Notes under the pieces: model-generated
Told to the model about the DNA's origin: nothing
Database searches by the model: none
The model's input: the letters and a program-made list of their open reading frames with translations, nothing else
Made by a program: the position numbers and the translations under genes
Shown here: piece by piece, positions 53,569 to 64,000 of the stretch
How the letters are laid out: every line of letters begins with the position of its first letter
How positions within the stretch are numbered: position 1 is the first letter of the stretch
Origin: an uncultured Gammaproteobacteria bacterium
Lineage (GTDB): Bacteria > Pseudomonadota > Gammaproteobacteria > Pseudomonadales > Azotimanducaceae
DNA: 64,000 bases
Reading direction: 5' to 3'
NCBI GenBank assembly: GCA_963829065.1
Contig: CAWHHK010000015.1
Location: 90,310-154,309 of the forward strand

Positions 53569-54788
53569 TCAGCGCTCACCGAAAGATTCATTGAGCGTCT
53601 TGCGCAGCGGTTTGAGCAGGACGTCCATCAAGGACCGCTGTCCCGTTCGGATATTCACCTGCGCGGTCATACCGGGGACGATCTCGAGCGTTCGGCCGGT
53701 GGTCGTTCGAGCCGGCGCATTGTCCGGCTTCACGTGCACGCGGTAGTACACCTGCGTCCCTTGCTCGGATTGCTCCTTCAACGTGTCGGCACTGACGTAG
53801 ACGACTTTCCCGGGCGTAGTGCCGTAGATCGTGTAGTCGAACGGATCGAAGCGGATGTTGGATACCAGACCCGGCGCGACGCGAGCGATGTCGGCGGGGC
53901 TGACGCGGCATTCGATCAACAGCTCGTCCTCGACCGGGACGATCTGCATGAGCTCTTCGCCGGGGCCGAGTACGCCGCCCACCGTGGTGACCCGGATGTT
54001 CTTGACGATTCCCGGAACCAGCGCAATGAAGACGCTGTTCGCTTGCTCCTCGAGCCGGCGGATCAACAACTGTTCGTTCTGGGCGATCTCGTCCTCGGCT
54101 TTCGTCAGCTCCAGTACGGGCGTCCTCGAGAAAACGGTTGCGCCGGTTGACCAATGCGGCCTGCGCTTCGTTGAGGCCGCGTTCGGCCCGCAGCAGCTCG
54201 GAGCCGCTGGCATCGCCGTCCTTGTAGAGGCTCTGCACCAATGCCAGCTCCCGCGTCGCGAGATCCACCGCGACACGCAGCGTGCTCAGCTCTTCGGACA
54301 GGCCGGTACGGCGCTGCTCGAAGAGCGCTCTCTCGACTTGCGTGATCTCCGGCGCCTGTTTCTCGAGATCCGTCGGGAAACGCCAGTTGCTCGCGGCCGA
54401 CGACTTCTGCGCGCAGGCGCGCGACTTTGGCCTTCAGCGCGAACAGGCGCGCATTGATTTCGCCCACCGTCGCGGCAAAGCGGGTCTGATCCAGCCGCGC
54501 GAGGACTTGGCCTCGCTGCACGCGATCGCCTTCGTGCACCAGCAGTTCGTTCAGCACGCCGCCATCCACGGACTGAATGACCTGCACGCGAATGCCGGTG
54601 ATGACCTCGCCTTTGGCGCGAGCGACTTCGTCGATCTGGAACACGCTGGCCCACACGATGAACGCAGCGACGGCAACCGCGAGCACGAGCAGCACCGTGC
54701 CGTAGCGGCCGCGATGCGCCTGCTGCAGTCGTTCGATCCGCCGTCGCGTGAAGGGGCTGTCCTCGTTCGCAACGCCGTCAAACCACAT
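53569..54788 (-). pseudogene. Type I secretion membrane fusion protein (HlyD family), several frame disruptions
   Basis: N-terminus with TM anchor in ORF 54105..54788 (..GTVLLVLAVAVAAFIVWASVFQIDEVARAKGEV..). The coiled-coil piece is in ORF 53588..54268. The C-terminal ..GMTAQVNIRTGQRSLMDVLLKPL.. is in ORF 53569..54276. Confidence 0.85.
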
Positions 54789-56959
54789 CGGCTTTCCCTC
54801 TTTGGCGAGGATGCGCGGCGGGCAGTCGTGAAGCCTGTCCGACCATCTGCGGCAACAGCGCCTCCGGCCTGCCGTCCCGGACCACGCGCCCCTGCTGCAT
54901 GATCAATACGCGATTGACCAGCCTGCTCGCCATCAGCGGCCGATGGGTGCTGACCACCAGAATGTCGCTCGGACGCAGAGAGGTCTGCGAGCGTCTGCCA
55001 CACGCGCTCCTCGACTTCTCTGTCGAGCGACGCCGTGGGCTCGTCCAGAAGCCATATGCGGGGCTGGTTGATGAACACGCGCGCCAGCGCAACGAGCTGG
55101 CGCTGGCCGCCCGAACAGACCTTCGCCGCCTTCGCTGATCGGCAGGTCCATGCCCTGCGGGTTTGCGGCGGCGATCGCGTCGATCCCCAGTTGCCGGCTG
55201 ATCTCGAGCAGGCGGTCGTCGCCGGCCGTGCCGCTGAGGCAGAGATTGCTGCGCAGCGTTCCTCGGAACAGGTGCACCGATTGCGGCAGGTAGCCGATCT
55301 GAGTGCTGACCAGCAGCGGATCGGTTTCCCACAGATCCGCGTGTCCCAGTCGCACGCGTCCCTCGCTGGGCCGATACAGGCCCGCCAGGACTTTCAGCAG
55401 CGTCGATTTGCCCGAGCCCACCGGACCCACGAGCAGGACTCGATCGCCCGGACTCGAGGCGCAACTGGTCGACGATGAGTTGGTCGGATCGGCGAGCCCG
55501 CGTACGCGAAGCGGACACCTTCCAGTGCGATCGCCGTGGGGTCCTCGTCGGGAAGCAGCAACTGTTGGTCGGGCGACGTTCGGATGCGAGCCCGAGGACC
55601 TGGTGCACCATCTTCAGCGCCTGGCTGACGTGCTGCCACTTCTCGAGGTACTGCACGCTCTGCGCGACCGGCGCAATGATCCGGCCGCCGAGAATGCTGC
55701 AGGCGATCAGGCCGCCCATGGTCAGCAGGCCCGCCTCGATCTGCCAGACACCGACCACCACCGCAGCGAACGTACGCGATGGTCGAGAGACTGCTGGTGG
55801 TGACCGTGGAAGGAACTGCTGATGGCCCGCTGCTGTATCGCGTAGCGATCGATGCTCGCGGTGATCTCCTGCCACTCCCCGGCGAAGCGCCAGCCGGCGT
55901 TGTTGGCGCGGATCGATTCGGCGCCGCGGATGCTGTCGACCAGCAGTCCCTGGCGCTCGTTGCTGCGCGAAAGCTGGTTGCGCAACAATCCGCGCAACCG
56001 CCACTGGGTGACGAAGCCCAACAACAGCGCCACCGGCAGCAGCAGCGCGTAGACCCACGCGACAGCGCCGCCGATGACGCCGATGAAGGCGAGAAACATC
56101 AGCGCGAACGGCAGATCCACGAGGGCAAACACGACGGTGGCGGAAAAGAACTGGCGCACGGCTTCGAGGCTGCCGACCTGCGCAGCCAGTGTCCCCAAGG
56201 ATGCGTGGTTGCGCGTCCAGTTGAACGTGCAGCAGGTGCTCGAAGACCTGCTGCGAGACCCGCTGATCGACGGCGCACGGAAAGGCTGTCGAGGATTCGC
56301 GCGCGAATCGTTTTGAAGCGTCCAGTCGAGCACCACCACGATCGCCATGCCGGCGACGAGAGTCGGTCAGCGTGGCGTAGGCCATCGTCGGCACGACGCG
56401 ATCGTAGACCTGCATCGCGAATAGTGAAGTGGCAACGCCGATCAGGTTGACCAGGCAGGTCGCCACGACGATCTTCCACAGCCACCCGCGATCCCGAAAC
56501 AGTTCCTTCCAGACCAGTCGGGTCGCCAGGTTCCCCGACAGCGTCGGCGGTATGCGTCCTGCGAGCGCGACGACTGCTGCTTGATCCAAAGCACCTGCGG
56601 CGCCGTCGAGTTCGCGCGATCGTCAATCGTGGACTGTTCGCCGTCTGCCGCGGTCAGAAGCGACACTGTCGGTCTGCGCATCGCTCGCGAAGTACCACGC
56701 GTCGCGGTGGCGGATCAGCACCGGCAGGCGGCGCGGGTCGAAGCGCTGCCAGGGCAGCAGGACGAGCAGCCACGTCTTTCACGTTGCGCGGCGATCAGCA
56801 CCTGGCGCAGCCATTGGGTAGGTCGAGCTGCCTGCGCCGAGTCCGACGCGCTCTTCCGCCTCGCGCAGTCGCGTCGCTGTCGCAGGCGATATCGAGCGCA
56901 TTCAGCAGTCGCTGTACCAACGCCAGATCGGGGGCGGTCGCCCAAGTTCCGTTGCTCAT
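54778..56959 (-). pseudogene. Type I secretion system ABC permease/ATPase (HlyB/LapB-like), many frame disruptions
   Basis: ATG at 56959 (MSNGTWATAPDLALVQRL..) overlaps the TolC stop by 1 nt. TMD fragments (..LWKIVVATCLVNLIGVATSLFAMQVYDRVVP..). Walker A GPVGSGKSTLLK in ORF 54933..55430. Walker B WLLDEPTASLD in ORF 54551..55078. Confidence 0.85.
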
Positions 56960-58251
56960 CAGCCATCGTTTCGCTCTTGAAGGCCTGCCAGGCTGTCGAG
57001 GTCGCCGATCCTGGCCAGCAGTCGCAGGGAGTAAATCTGCCAGTCGGTTTGCGTCTGCACCAGCTGGTGCCTTTGCTCGAACAGCTCGCGCTGGACGTTC
57101 AGCAGATCGAGCCAGCTCTTGGTGCCGCTCTCGTATTGCCGCTGATAGGAGGCCAGCAGCGATTCGAGGTCGGCAAGCGACTGCGGTCTGCAAGCCGATC
57201 AGTTCGAGTCTGGAGTTCGCGCTTGCGCTGCAGATGTCTTGATTTGCCGCGTCAGCTCGACCTTGGCGACCGCGAGGTCCTGCGTCGCCGCCACGCGGCT
57301 GGAGACGGCTTCTGCTGTGCGTCCGCGGGCCGCAAAACCGAGTCCCTCCAGCGACGCTTCGAACACCACGCTCGCCTGGCTGTCGTCGTCGCAGCCCAGG
57401 TTGGTCGTAGATACCTGTCCGCCTGCAGATAGATGGTCGGCATGGAGGCTGTCCTGGCCCGGTCGACTTCCGACCTCCGCCTGCCCGAGCTGCGCGCTGC
57501 TTGACGCCAATTTCGGCGCTTTGATCGATCGCCTCTTCGAATCAGGTCCGTGGACTCGCGCAGCTCGAGCAGTCCCGGCGGGTACCGGTTCATCGGCGCT
57601 GACTGTCACCTGGGTGAATCCAATCAGGTCGTCCTCGCGTGCCTGGCGATTCGCTGATGGCGCGTTCGAGCAGCGCGCGCGCTTCCGCGAGCCGCGCGGC
57701 GGCGAGACGCGCATCCGCGCTCGAGGCGAGCTGTCCCGCTACGCGACGCTGGATCTGGTCGGACAGCTTCTCGTGCTCGGTCACGTTCTGCCGCGCAATG
57801 TCGATGTGCTGCTGGCTGCCGCGCACGGCCGCATAGGCCACGGCGGTGTCTTCGAGCAGTTGCCGGCGCACGCGCAAGAGGTCGGCGCGCTCCGTGCTCA
57901 CCTCGGCGTTCGCGACAGCAATGCTGTTGTCGATGCGGCCAAACGCCCAGATCGGCTGCCGGGCACGCAGTATGTACGGCTGAGAGAGGTCCTCACGACC
58001 CTGCGACGAGCGACCGCCGTCACCGTACTGTTGCGCCTGGCCGTGAGCGACGGGGATAGCGCTGGCTGCGAACTGCGTCTGCCGCGTGTCGTTTCGCGTC
58101 CACTTGCGCCTCCTGGCCGGCGACGGCCGGATGATTGTGCAGCGTCGCCTGCAACGCGTCGCTCAGGCCGTCGCCGTCGGCAGGGCCGTACCGCACAGCA
58201 GGCAGTTGATCAGTAGCGATCGCCAGTAACCGGGACCCGGAACTTGGGCAT
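56959..58251 (-). pseudogene. TolC-family outer membrane channel, many frame disruptions
   Basis: Candidate ATG at 58251 is followed, in shifted frames, by the signal-like LLINCLLCGTALPTATA and ..LSDALQATLHNHPAVAGQEAQV... Internal ..LLEDTAVAYAAVRGSQQHIDIARQNV.. is in ORF 57590..57901. The C-terminus reads ..TDWQIYSLRLLARIGDL..-stop. The gene sits inside the T1SS operon. Confidence 0.65.
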
Positions 58252-58327
58252 GTGGATTCACTCGGACAGGAACAGGTAGTCGAGGCGGATGGGCGGTTCG
58301 TGGCGTCGGAGGCCAGAGGGAGCCTGG

Positions 58328-60914
58328 TCATCTGCGGGTCTGGCCCAGTGCGCAGCGTCCTGATCCCGGCGCGTCCATGCGATACGCCAGCGCGAGATCG
58401 CGGCGCCAGTGGCGGTTCCAGGGACAGCGTTCGACGGCCCGCTCCATCAGACGCGATGCCGTCGTCGCGGTGACCCTTGCGCACGTAAATCGAGGCCGAG
58501 CATGAAACGCGCGGCGGCGTGCTCCGGCAGGTAGTGCAGCAGCCGCTTGAAACGATACTCGGCCGCGTCCAGGTCGCCTTCGTCGATAACGGTCGACACC
58601 GACGATTCAACCAGCCCGGCTCCGGCAGCGTCACCATCTCGATCGGCTCCGACGGAAATCATCCGATTTGCCGCCGCGATCAAGGGTCCCAGGTGTTGCT
58701 GATAGCGGTGCCATCTCGCCTGCGAGCTGGCGTAGAGCGGCTGGCGCACCTGCCAGACGCTGGCGGTCTTGACGGGGCGCTCCAGCGTCGTAGAAGTCGA
58801 GCACCTGCGGTTCCCAGTCGACACCGATGTGATCCAGCATGCGCCGCGCGCTGGTTGCCGGGTCGTCGACGATGTCTTCGTATCGGATCTCGAGAATTTC
58901 TCCGGGGAACACTCGCTGCCAGTGATGCATCAGCAGGTTGTGGTCCGCGAGCTGCTCGCCGATCCAGTCGAGGTGGTACGCGAATCCCATGCCGCGCGTG
59001 CTTGCTGGCGTAGTCGATGAAATAGTTGGAGACGGCGACGTCGCGGGGATCGCGGCGCACCGAAATGATCTTCGCTCTCGGGAAGAGCAGTTTGATCAGG
59101 CCGATGTTCTCGAAGTTGTGGGGCAGCTTGTCGACCACGTGATCGGCGTCGGGGGCATATTCCGCGCAGTTCGTTCAGGACGTTTTCGGCAATGCGCCGA
59201 GGTCACCTTCGGATCGAGGTCATCCACACAATCGGGATAGCGGCGCCCGGAGCCGGTGTGGCGTTCCCAACGCTCGAGCCCGGCGATCACGCGCGGAATC
59301 GTGCCCAGTTCGCCGGCTCCATGAATCCGGCTGTGCCCGGCGATGATCTGCTCCACGAGCGTGGTGCCAGAGCGAGGCATGCCCACGACGAACACCGGCA
59401 GGGTGGTTTCGTGACCGCTGCCCGGACGGTTCTCGTACAGCGCCTTGGGAAAGGCGTGGCGGATGCGGGCGCAGTACTGGCGGTGGGCCTTCGGGTCGTA
59501 GCGCAGCAGCCGGCGACTGGCTGCGTTGGCTTCGTCTGCGAGCGCGAACGCTTTGTCGTAGTCCGCGCGTTTTTCCCAGAGCGGCGGCGAGCTGAAACAG
59601 CAGGCTGGTACGCACCGAGCCTTCCATGCCAGGTGTGCGGGCGAGCTGTTCCAGCCGTTGCAGGGTGTCCGCGTCCTCCGGAAAACGACGTGCGTTGATC
59701 AGCGCGCCGTGACCCCGTGTCGGGTCGATGACCTTGACTCTGCTCGAACAACGCCACCGCCTCGTCGATGCGGCCGAGCTGCATCAGAGCTGACCCAGCC
59801 CTTCTAGCGGCGGCGATCATGTCCGGGCGTTGCTCGAGCACGTGCCGATAGCGCTGTTCGGCCGCGCGATAGTTCTCTTCCTGGACCTCGACACCGGCCA
59901 GCGCCACCTCGACCTGCAGACGCCCCTCAGTGATTTCGTCGGTGCTGCGGAGGTCTGCTTGGCGAGCTGGTCTCGAGCTCGCTCGGCTGCTTCTCTGGCC
60001 AGCACGGGATCGGATTGCAAGGCGATGGCTGACAGCCGGATCAACAGCCCCTCAGTGGGCTTGTCCTGCGCGTTCGCGAGATGGATGGCGCGTCGAAGCA
60101 GCGCGATGGCCTGGTGCGTGCGGCCCTGCAGTTGCGTCACCTCCGCGAGCTGTTCGTAGAGCGCCAGCTGTTCGCGGATGGCGGCGCAGACCGGTGCGCA
60201 GCCACTCCTCTGCCTGGGCGTGGCGATCGCGTGCGGCCAGGCGCTGAGCGAGATCGGACAGCAGTGCGCACCATTCGTCTTCGTTCAGCTGTCCGCGTTG
60301 CTGCTCGACCCAGGCTTCGGCCGCCTCGAAACGCGTCCTGCGCGAGCCATAGATCGAGTTGCATACCCCGCAGCTGCTGGCGGTGGATCTGACGCTGATC
60401 GTCGGGCCAGTTGCGCCTGTTCTTCGTCCCAGAACTCCCACGCCGCATCGAGACACGCGACCATGTCGGTCAGACGGCCGCTGTCCCGATAGAGCTCGCA
60501 GCAGGTTGTGGTACACCGCGAGGAACGGCCGAAGGCGTCAGGCTCCGCTGATACAACGCCAGGGCCTGATCGCGATTTCCCTGCTGCAGCCGACACCAGG
60601 CCAGACGGGCCAGCAGCAGCGCGTGGTCGCCGTTCTCCTCGCTGTTCGGCCTCGAGGATGTCGATGGCCGGGTCCAGCTCACCCAGCGCGATGTAGACCG
60701 CGGCCAGATCGACGCGCGCATCGAGCGAGAGTGCGCCGCGATCGAGTGACGCGACCGCGCGCCGTCCGGCGGACGTATCACCGAGATGGACATCGGCCAG
60801 GGCCAGAAGAACCCGCACGCCAGGGTCGCGGGAATCGACGTCCAGACAGGCTTCGCGCAGAGCCGAGTAGTCGTGATGCTCCGCCAGGCGGCGAAGTAGG
60901 GTCAGTGCCTCCAT
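58328..60914 (-). pseudogene. TPR-repeat protein with a central PAPS-dependent sulfotransferase domain, many frame disruptions
   Basis: TPR-like helices are in ORFs 60285..60914, 60052..60516, 59817..60140 and 59287..59907. The sulfotransferase 5'-PSB motif VFVVGMPRSGTTLVEQI is in ORF 59096..59395. The 3'-PB-like ISVRRDPRDVAVSNYF is in ORF 58680..59138. More TPR follows (ORF 58447..58824). The stop was read near 58328. Confidence 0.75.
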
Positions 60915-60921
60915 GATCGTG

Positions 60922-63900
60922 TCAGGTCACGCCAGACCCTGCGAGGTCGAGCATGATCGCGGGCATGTTCGCGAAGGGCATGCCGTGCGTCTGGCCTTCA
61001 CCGCCGTCGACGAAAGCACCCGTCACCGGCGCATCGATCAGTGGCGGAACGGCCGAGGAAGTTACCTGGAACGCGCCATCGGCGCCGGCCGGAGCCTGCC
61101 GAAGCAACCGCCGCCTCAATGATCGATGTTTGATTCACCGATGCGTCATTGCCGACGAGCGTGACGCGGTCATCGCTACCAAGATTGGCGGAGCCACCCT
61201 GAAAGTGTCGGACAGCGTCGGCTGGTCGACCGCGACTCGGATGTCGATTCCGTCGCCAGCGGGGCTCTGAAAGGTGCGGCTGATGCCGGCGCTCGGCGCG
61301 ACACCGAACGGAACGATGAGCGGGCTCGTATCGAAATTGAGCGTGGTGTTGTCGCTGATGCCCGCATAGGCATTGCCCGCTTTGTCGGTCAGCGCACCGG
61401 CGTCGATCTGAACGCTGTACGTAGTGCCGGGAGCCAGGTCGAGGTCGGATTGATCGTGACGTGGTTGCCGCTGATGCTGACCTGCGGGTCGGTGACGTCG
61501 ATCGTGCGGATATCCAACCCGCCACTGATCACGATGTTGCCGCTGCCGGCCTGCATGTTCTCGCTGAAAGACAGCACGATGTCGTCTCCCGGGGGGACAT
61601 TGTTTGCATCGTCCGCCGGCGTGCTGGAGGACAAGGTCGGCGCGGTCGTGTCGACGACGAAAGGACGGGTTGTTGGGAACGGACCCGTGGCTGAGGTCCG
61701 CCACATTACCCGTCGGGTCCGCGATGGAGCCGCCGTTACGCTCCAGCGTGTTGGCCCGGATGCTGATGCCGTTGTTGTCGGTTTGACCCGGCTGAATCGT
61801 GTATTCGAAAATCAGACTGGTGGTGCCGCTGCCGGAGACATAGCCCGCTTCGACTCTGTCGCCGCCGATGGAAAGCTCGATGCGCGGGGTGCCGCCGGAC
61901 GTATCGACCAGTCGTGTTCTCCGTCATCGTCACCGTGACGCTCACCGTGTCGCCGGCATTGAGAATGCCGTTCTGCGCCCCGACTGCGCCGGTCAGCGCG
62001 ACGTTGGCGACCGCGGGCGGGGTTTCGTCGACGATGTTGTTGATGGCCAGCGAAACCGCTTGTTCGCTGTGGTTGCTCGCCGCGTCGGTCGCGACCACGG
62101 TGAAAGCGTAGCTCGACTTCGTCTCGAAGTCCGGGTTCCCGGTGAGCGTCACGTCGCCGGTGCTGGCGTTGATGCTGAAGGCCGCCGCGTCACCACCGGC
62201 TTTGAGGCTGTAGGTGGTGCTGCCGGTGCTGATGTCGCCGGTGTCGGTGCTGGTGACGGTGTAGACGACCTGACCGGCGCCGCTGTTTTCGGTGATCGCG
62301 GTGGCAGTCGCGCCGGAGGTGATCGTCGGCGCCACCTCATCGAGGTTGTTGATCGCCAGGGTGACGGCCTGCTCGTCGCTGTTGCCGCCACCGTCGGTGG
62401 CCACCACGGTGAAGTTGTAGCTCGGCTTCGCCTCGAAATTCGGGTTGCCGGTCAGCGTGACGGCGCCGGTGTTGGCGTTGATGGTGAAGGACGCCGCGTC
62501 GCCGACCGGCTTTGAGGCTGTAGGTGGTGCTGCCGCTGACGATATCGCCGGTGTCGGTGCTGGTGACGGTGTAGACGACCTGACCGGCGCCGCTGTTTTC
62601 ATTGATCGCGGTGGCGGTGGCGCCGGAGGTGATCGTCGGCGCCACCTCGTCGAGGTTGTTGATCGCCAGAGCTGACCGCCTGTTCGCTGCTGTTGCCGGC
62701 AGCGTCGGTGGCCACCACGGTGAAGTTGTAGCTCGACTTCGCCTCGAAGTTGGGGTTCCCGGTCAGCGTGACGGCACCGGTGTTGGCGTTGATGGTGAAC
62801 GCCGCCGCGTCGCCGACCGGCTTGAGGCTGTAGGTGGTGCTGCCGGTGCTGATGTCACCGGTGTCGGTGCTGGTGACGGTGTAGACGACCTGACCGGCGC
62901 CGCTGTTTTCATTGATCGCGGTGGCAGTCGCGCCCGAGGTGATCGTCGGCGCCACTTCGTCGAGGTTGTTGATCGCCAGGCTGACGGCCTGCTCGGCGCT
63001 GTTGCTCGCCGCGTCGGTCGCCACGACCGTGAAGTTGTAGCTCGGCTTCGCTTCGAAGTTCGGGTTCCCGGTCAGCGTGACCGCGCCGGTGCTGGCGTTG
63101 ATGCTGAAGGCCGCCGCAGTCACCGCCGGCTTTGAGGCTGTAGGTCGTGCTGCCGGCGCTGATGTCGTCGGTGTCGGTGCTGGTGACGGTGTAGACGACC
63201 TGGCCGGCGCCGCTGTTTTCGTTGATCGCGGTGGCCGTCGCGCCGGAGGTGATCGTCGGCGCCACCTCGTCCACGGTTGTTGATCGCCAGGCTGACCGCC
63301 TGCTCGGCGCTGTTGCTCGCCGCGTCGGTCGCCACCACGGTGAAGCTGTAGCTCGACTTCGCTTCGAAGTTCGGGTTCGCCGGTCAGGGTGACGGCGCCG
63401 GTGTTGGCGTTGATGCTGAAGGCCGCCGCGTCACCGCCGGCTTTGAGGCTGTAGGTGGTGCTGCCGGCTGATGTCGTCGGTGTCGGTGCTGGTGACGGTG
63501 TAGACGACCTGACCCGCGCCGCTGTTTTCGTTGATCGCGGTGGCCGTGCGCGCCGGAGGTGATCGTCGGCGCCACCTCGTCGAGGTTGTTGATCGCCAGG
63601 GTGACCGCCTGCGTTCGCTGCTGTTGCCCGCCGCATCGGTGGCCACGACCGTGAAGCTGTAGCTGGACTTCGCCTCGAAGTTCGGGTTCCCCGTGAGCGT
63701 GACGGCGCCGGTGTTGGCGTTGATGCTGAACGCCGCCGCGTCACCGACCGGCTTTGAGGCTGTAGGTGGTGCTGCCGGTGCTGATATCGCCGTGTCGGTG
63801 CTGGTCACGGTGTAGACGACCTGACCCGCGCCGCTGTTTTCATTGATCGCGGTGGCAGTCGCGCCGGAGGTGATCGTCGGCGCCACCTCGTCCAGGTTGT

Positions 63901-64000
63901 TGATCGCCAGCGAGACAGCACGTTCGCTGCTGTTGCTGGCCGCGTCGGTGGCCACCACGGTGAAGGTGTAGCTCGACTTCGCCTCGAAGTTCGGGTTCGC
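60922..64000 (-). pseudogene. Giant repetitive adhesin (cadherin-like ~103-aa repeats plus Ig-like C-terminal domains), probable T1SS substrate. The 5' end lies beyond the window. Many frame disruptions.
   Basis: Repeats read ..VAPTITSGATATAI.ENSGAGQVVYTVTSTDTGDISTGSTTYSLK..GDAAAF.INA.TGAVTLTGNPNFEAKSSYNFTVVATDAA.NS.EQAVSLAINNLDE. Then come ..VVDTTAPTLSSSTPADDANNV..IVLSFSENM.. (Ig-like) and the C-terminal ..GMPFANMPAIMLDLAGSGVT-stop at 60922. This stop is 7 nt before the sulfotransferase gene. Confidence 0.8.
62040..64000. repeat. Coding tandem repeat array, period about 309 bp, more than 6 units, continuing past the window end
   Basis: The landmark ggtgaa(a/g)(g/t/c)(c/t)gtagctcg(a/g)cttcg recurs near 62100, 62409, 62719, 63029, 63338, 63649 and 63958. 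Confidence 0.9.

Noticed and set aside
58252-61000. Search for a small RaxX-like sulfated-peptide gene next to the sulfotransferase
   Set aside because: The intergenic gaps are only a few to about 75 nt. The small ORFs in the track there are shadow frames of the TPR-sulfotransferase or adhesin genes. No candidate has a start signal and a leader.
62040-64000. Regular ~309-bp repeats considered as a CRISPR, satellite or IS array
   Set aside because: The period is a coding-domain length (about 103 aa). The units translate into cadherin-like repeats in one frame apart from the indels. They are part of the adhesin gene.
1-64000. Frame switches considered as programmed ribosomal frameshifting or other recoding
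   Set aside because: There are far too many, spread over unrelated gene families. I saw no recurring slippery heptamer or downstream structure. Some coincide with homopolymer-length differences between paralogous repeats.
60922-64000. Calling the T1SS substrate an RTX toxin
   Set aside because: No GGxGxD nonapeptide repeats are visible in the part of the gene present in the window. The repeats are cadherin/Ig-like, which fits an adhesin better.
1-64000. tRNA, rRNA, prophage, integrase, transposase and toxin-antitoxin content
   Set aside because: Intergenic regions are short. None shows a tRNA-like T-arm (GTTCGAATC-type) in a suitable context. No ORF translation resembles integrase, transposase or phage structural proteins.

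Overview
This is a GC-rich chromosomal segment (roughly two-thirds G+C by eye) from a Gram-negative, proteobacterium-like organism; a TonB-dependent receptor, TolC, MarC and an LpxL-type acyltransferase are present. It holds about 50 protein genes. I found no rRNA, tRNA, CRISPR, transposase or integrase.

Contents in order:
- lon.
- A ~7.4-kb secreted multidomain carbohydrate-binding/hydrolase-like gene with a near-identical 1.2-kb internal duplication.
- Housekeeping and catabolic genes: M3B oligoendopeptidase, quinone oxidoreductase, carboxyltransferase, GST, POT transporter plus MlrC-like M81 peptidase, threonine dehydratase, CoA-transferase, HMG-CoA lyase, glnS, tesB, an acyl-CoA dehydrogenase pair and a CYP153-like P450.
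- An ECF sigma / Ser-Thr kinase / TIR-TM-TPR signalling module.
- A colicin V-type microcin locus (double-glycine precursor, immunity protein, CvaA-like MFP, C39-peptidase ABC exporter) that also carries an LpxL-family acyltransferase.
- A heterodimeric-type ABC exporter pair.
- A type I secretion operon: giant cadherin-repeat adhesin, TPR-sulfotransferase, TolC, ABC, MFP.

Major caveat: about 30 genes need one or more reading-frame switches to be read full length, including essential glnS. This looks more like indel errors in the assembly than real decay. I typed these genes as pseudogene only in the formal sense of a disrupted frame. Family calls come from motif recall, not database searches. 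Coordinates read by eye may be off by a few nt.
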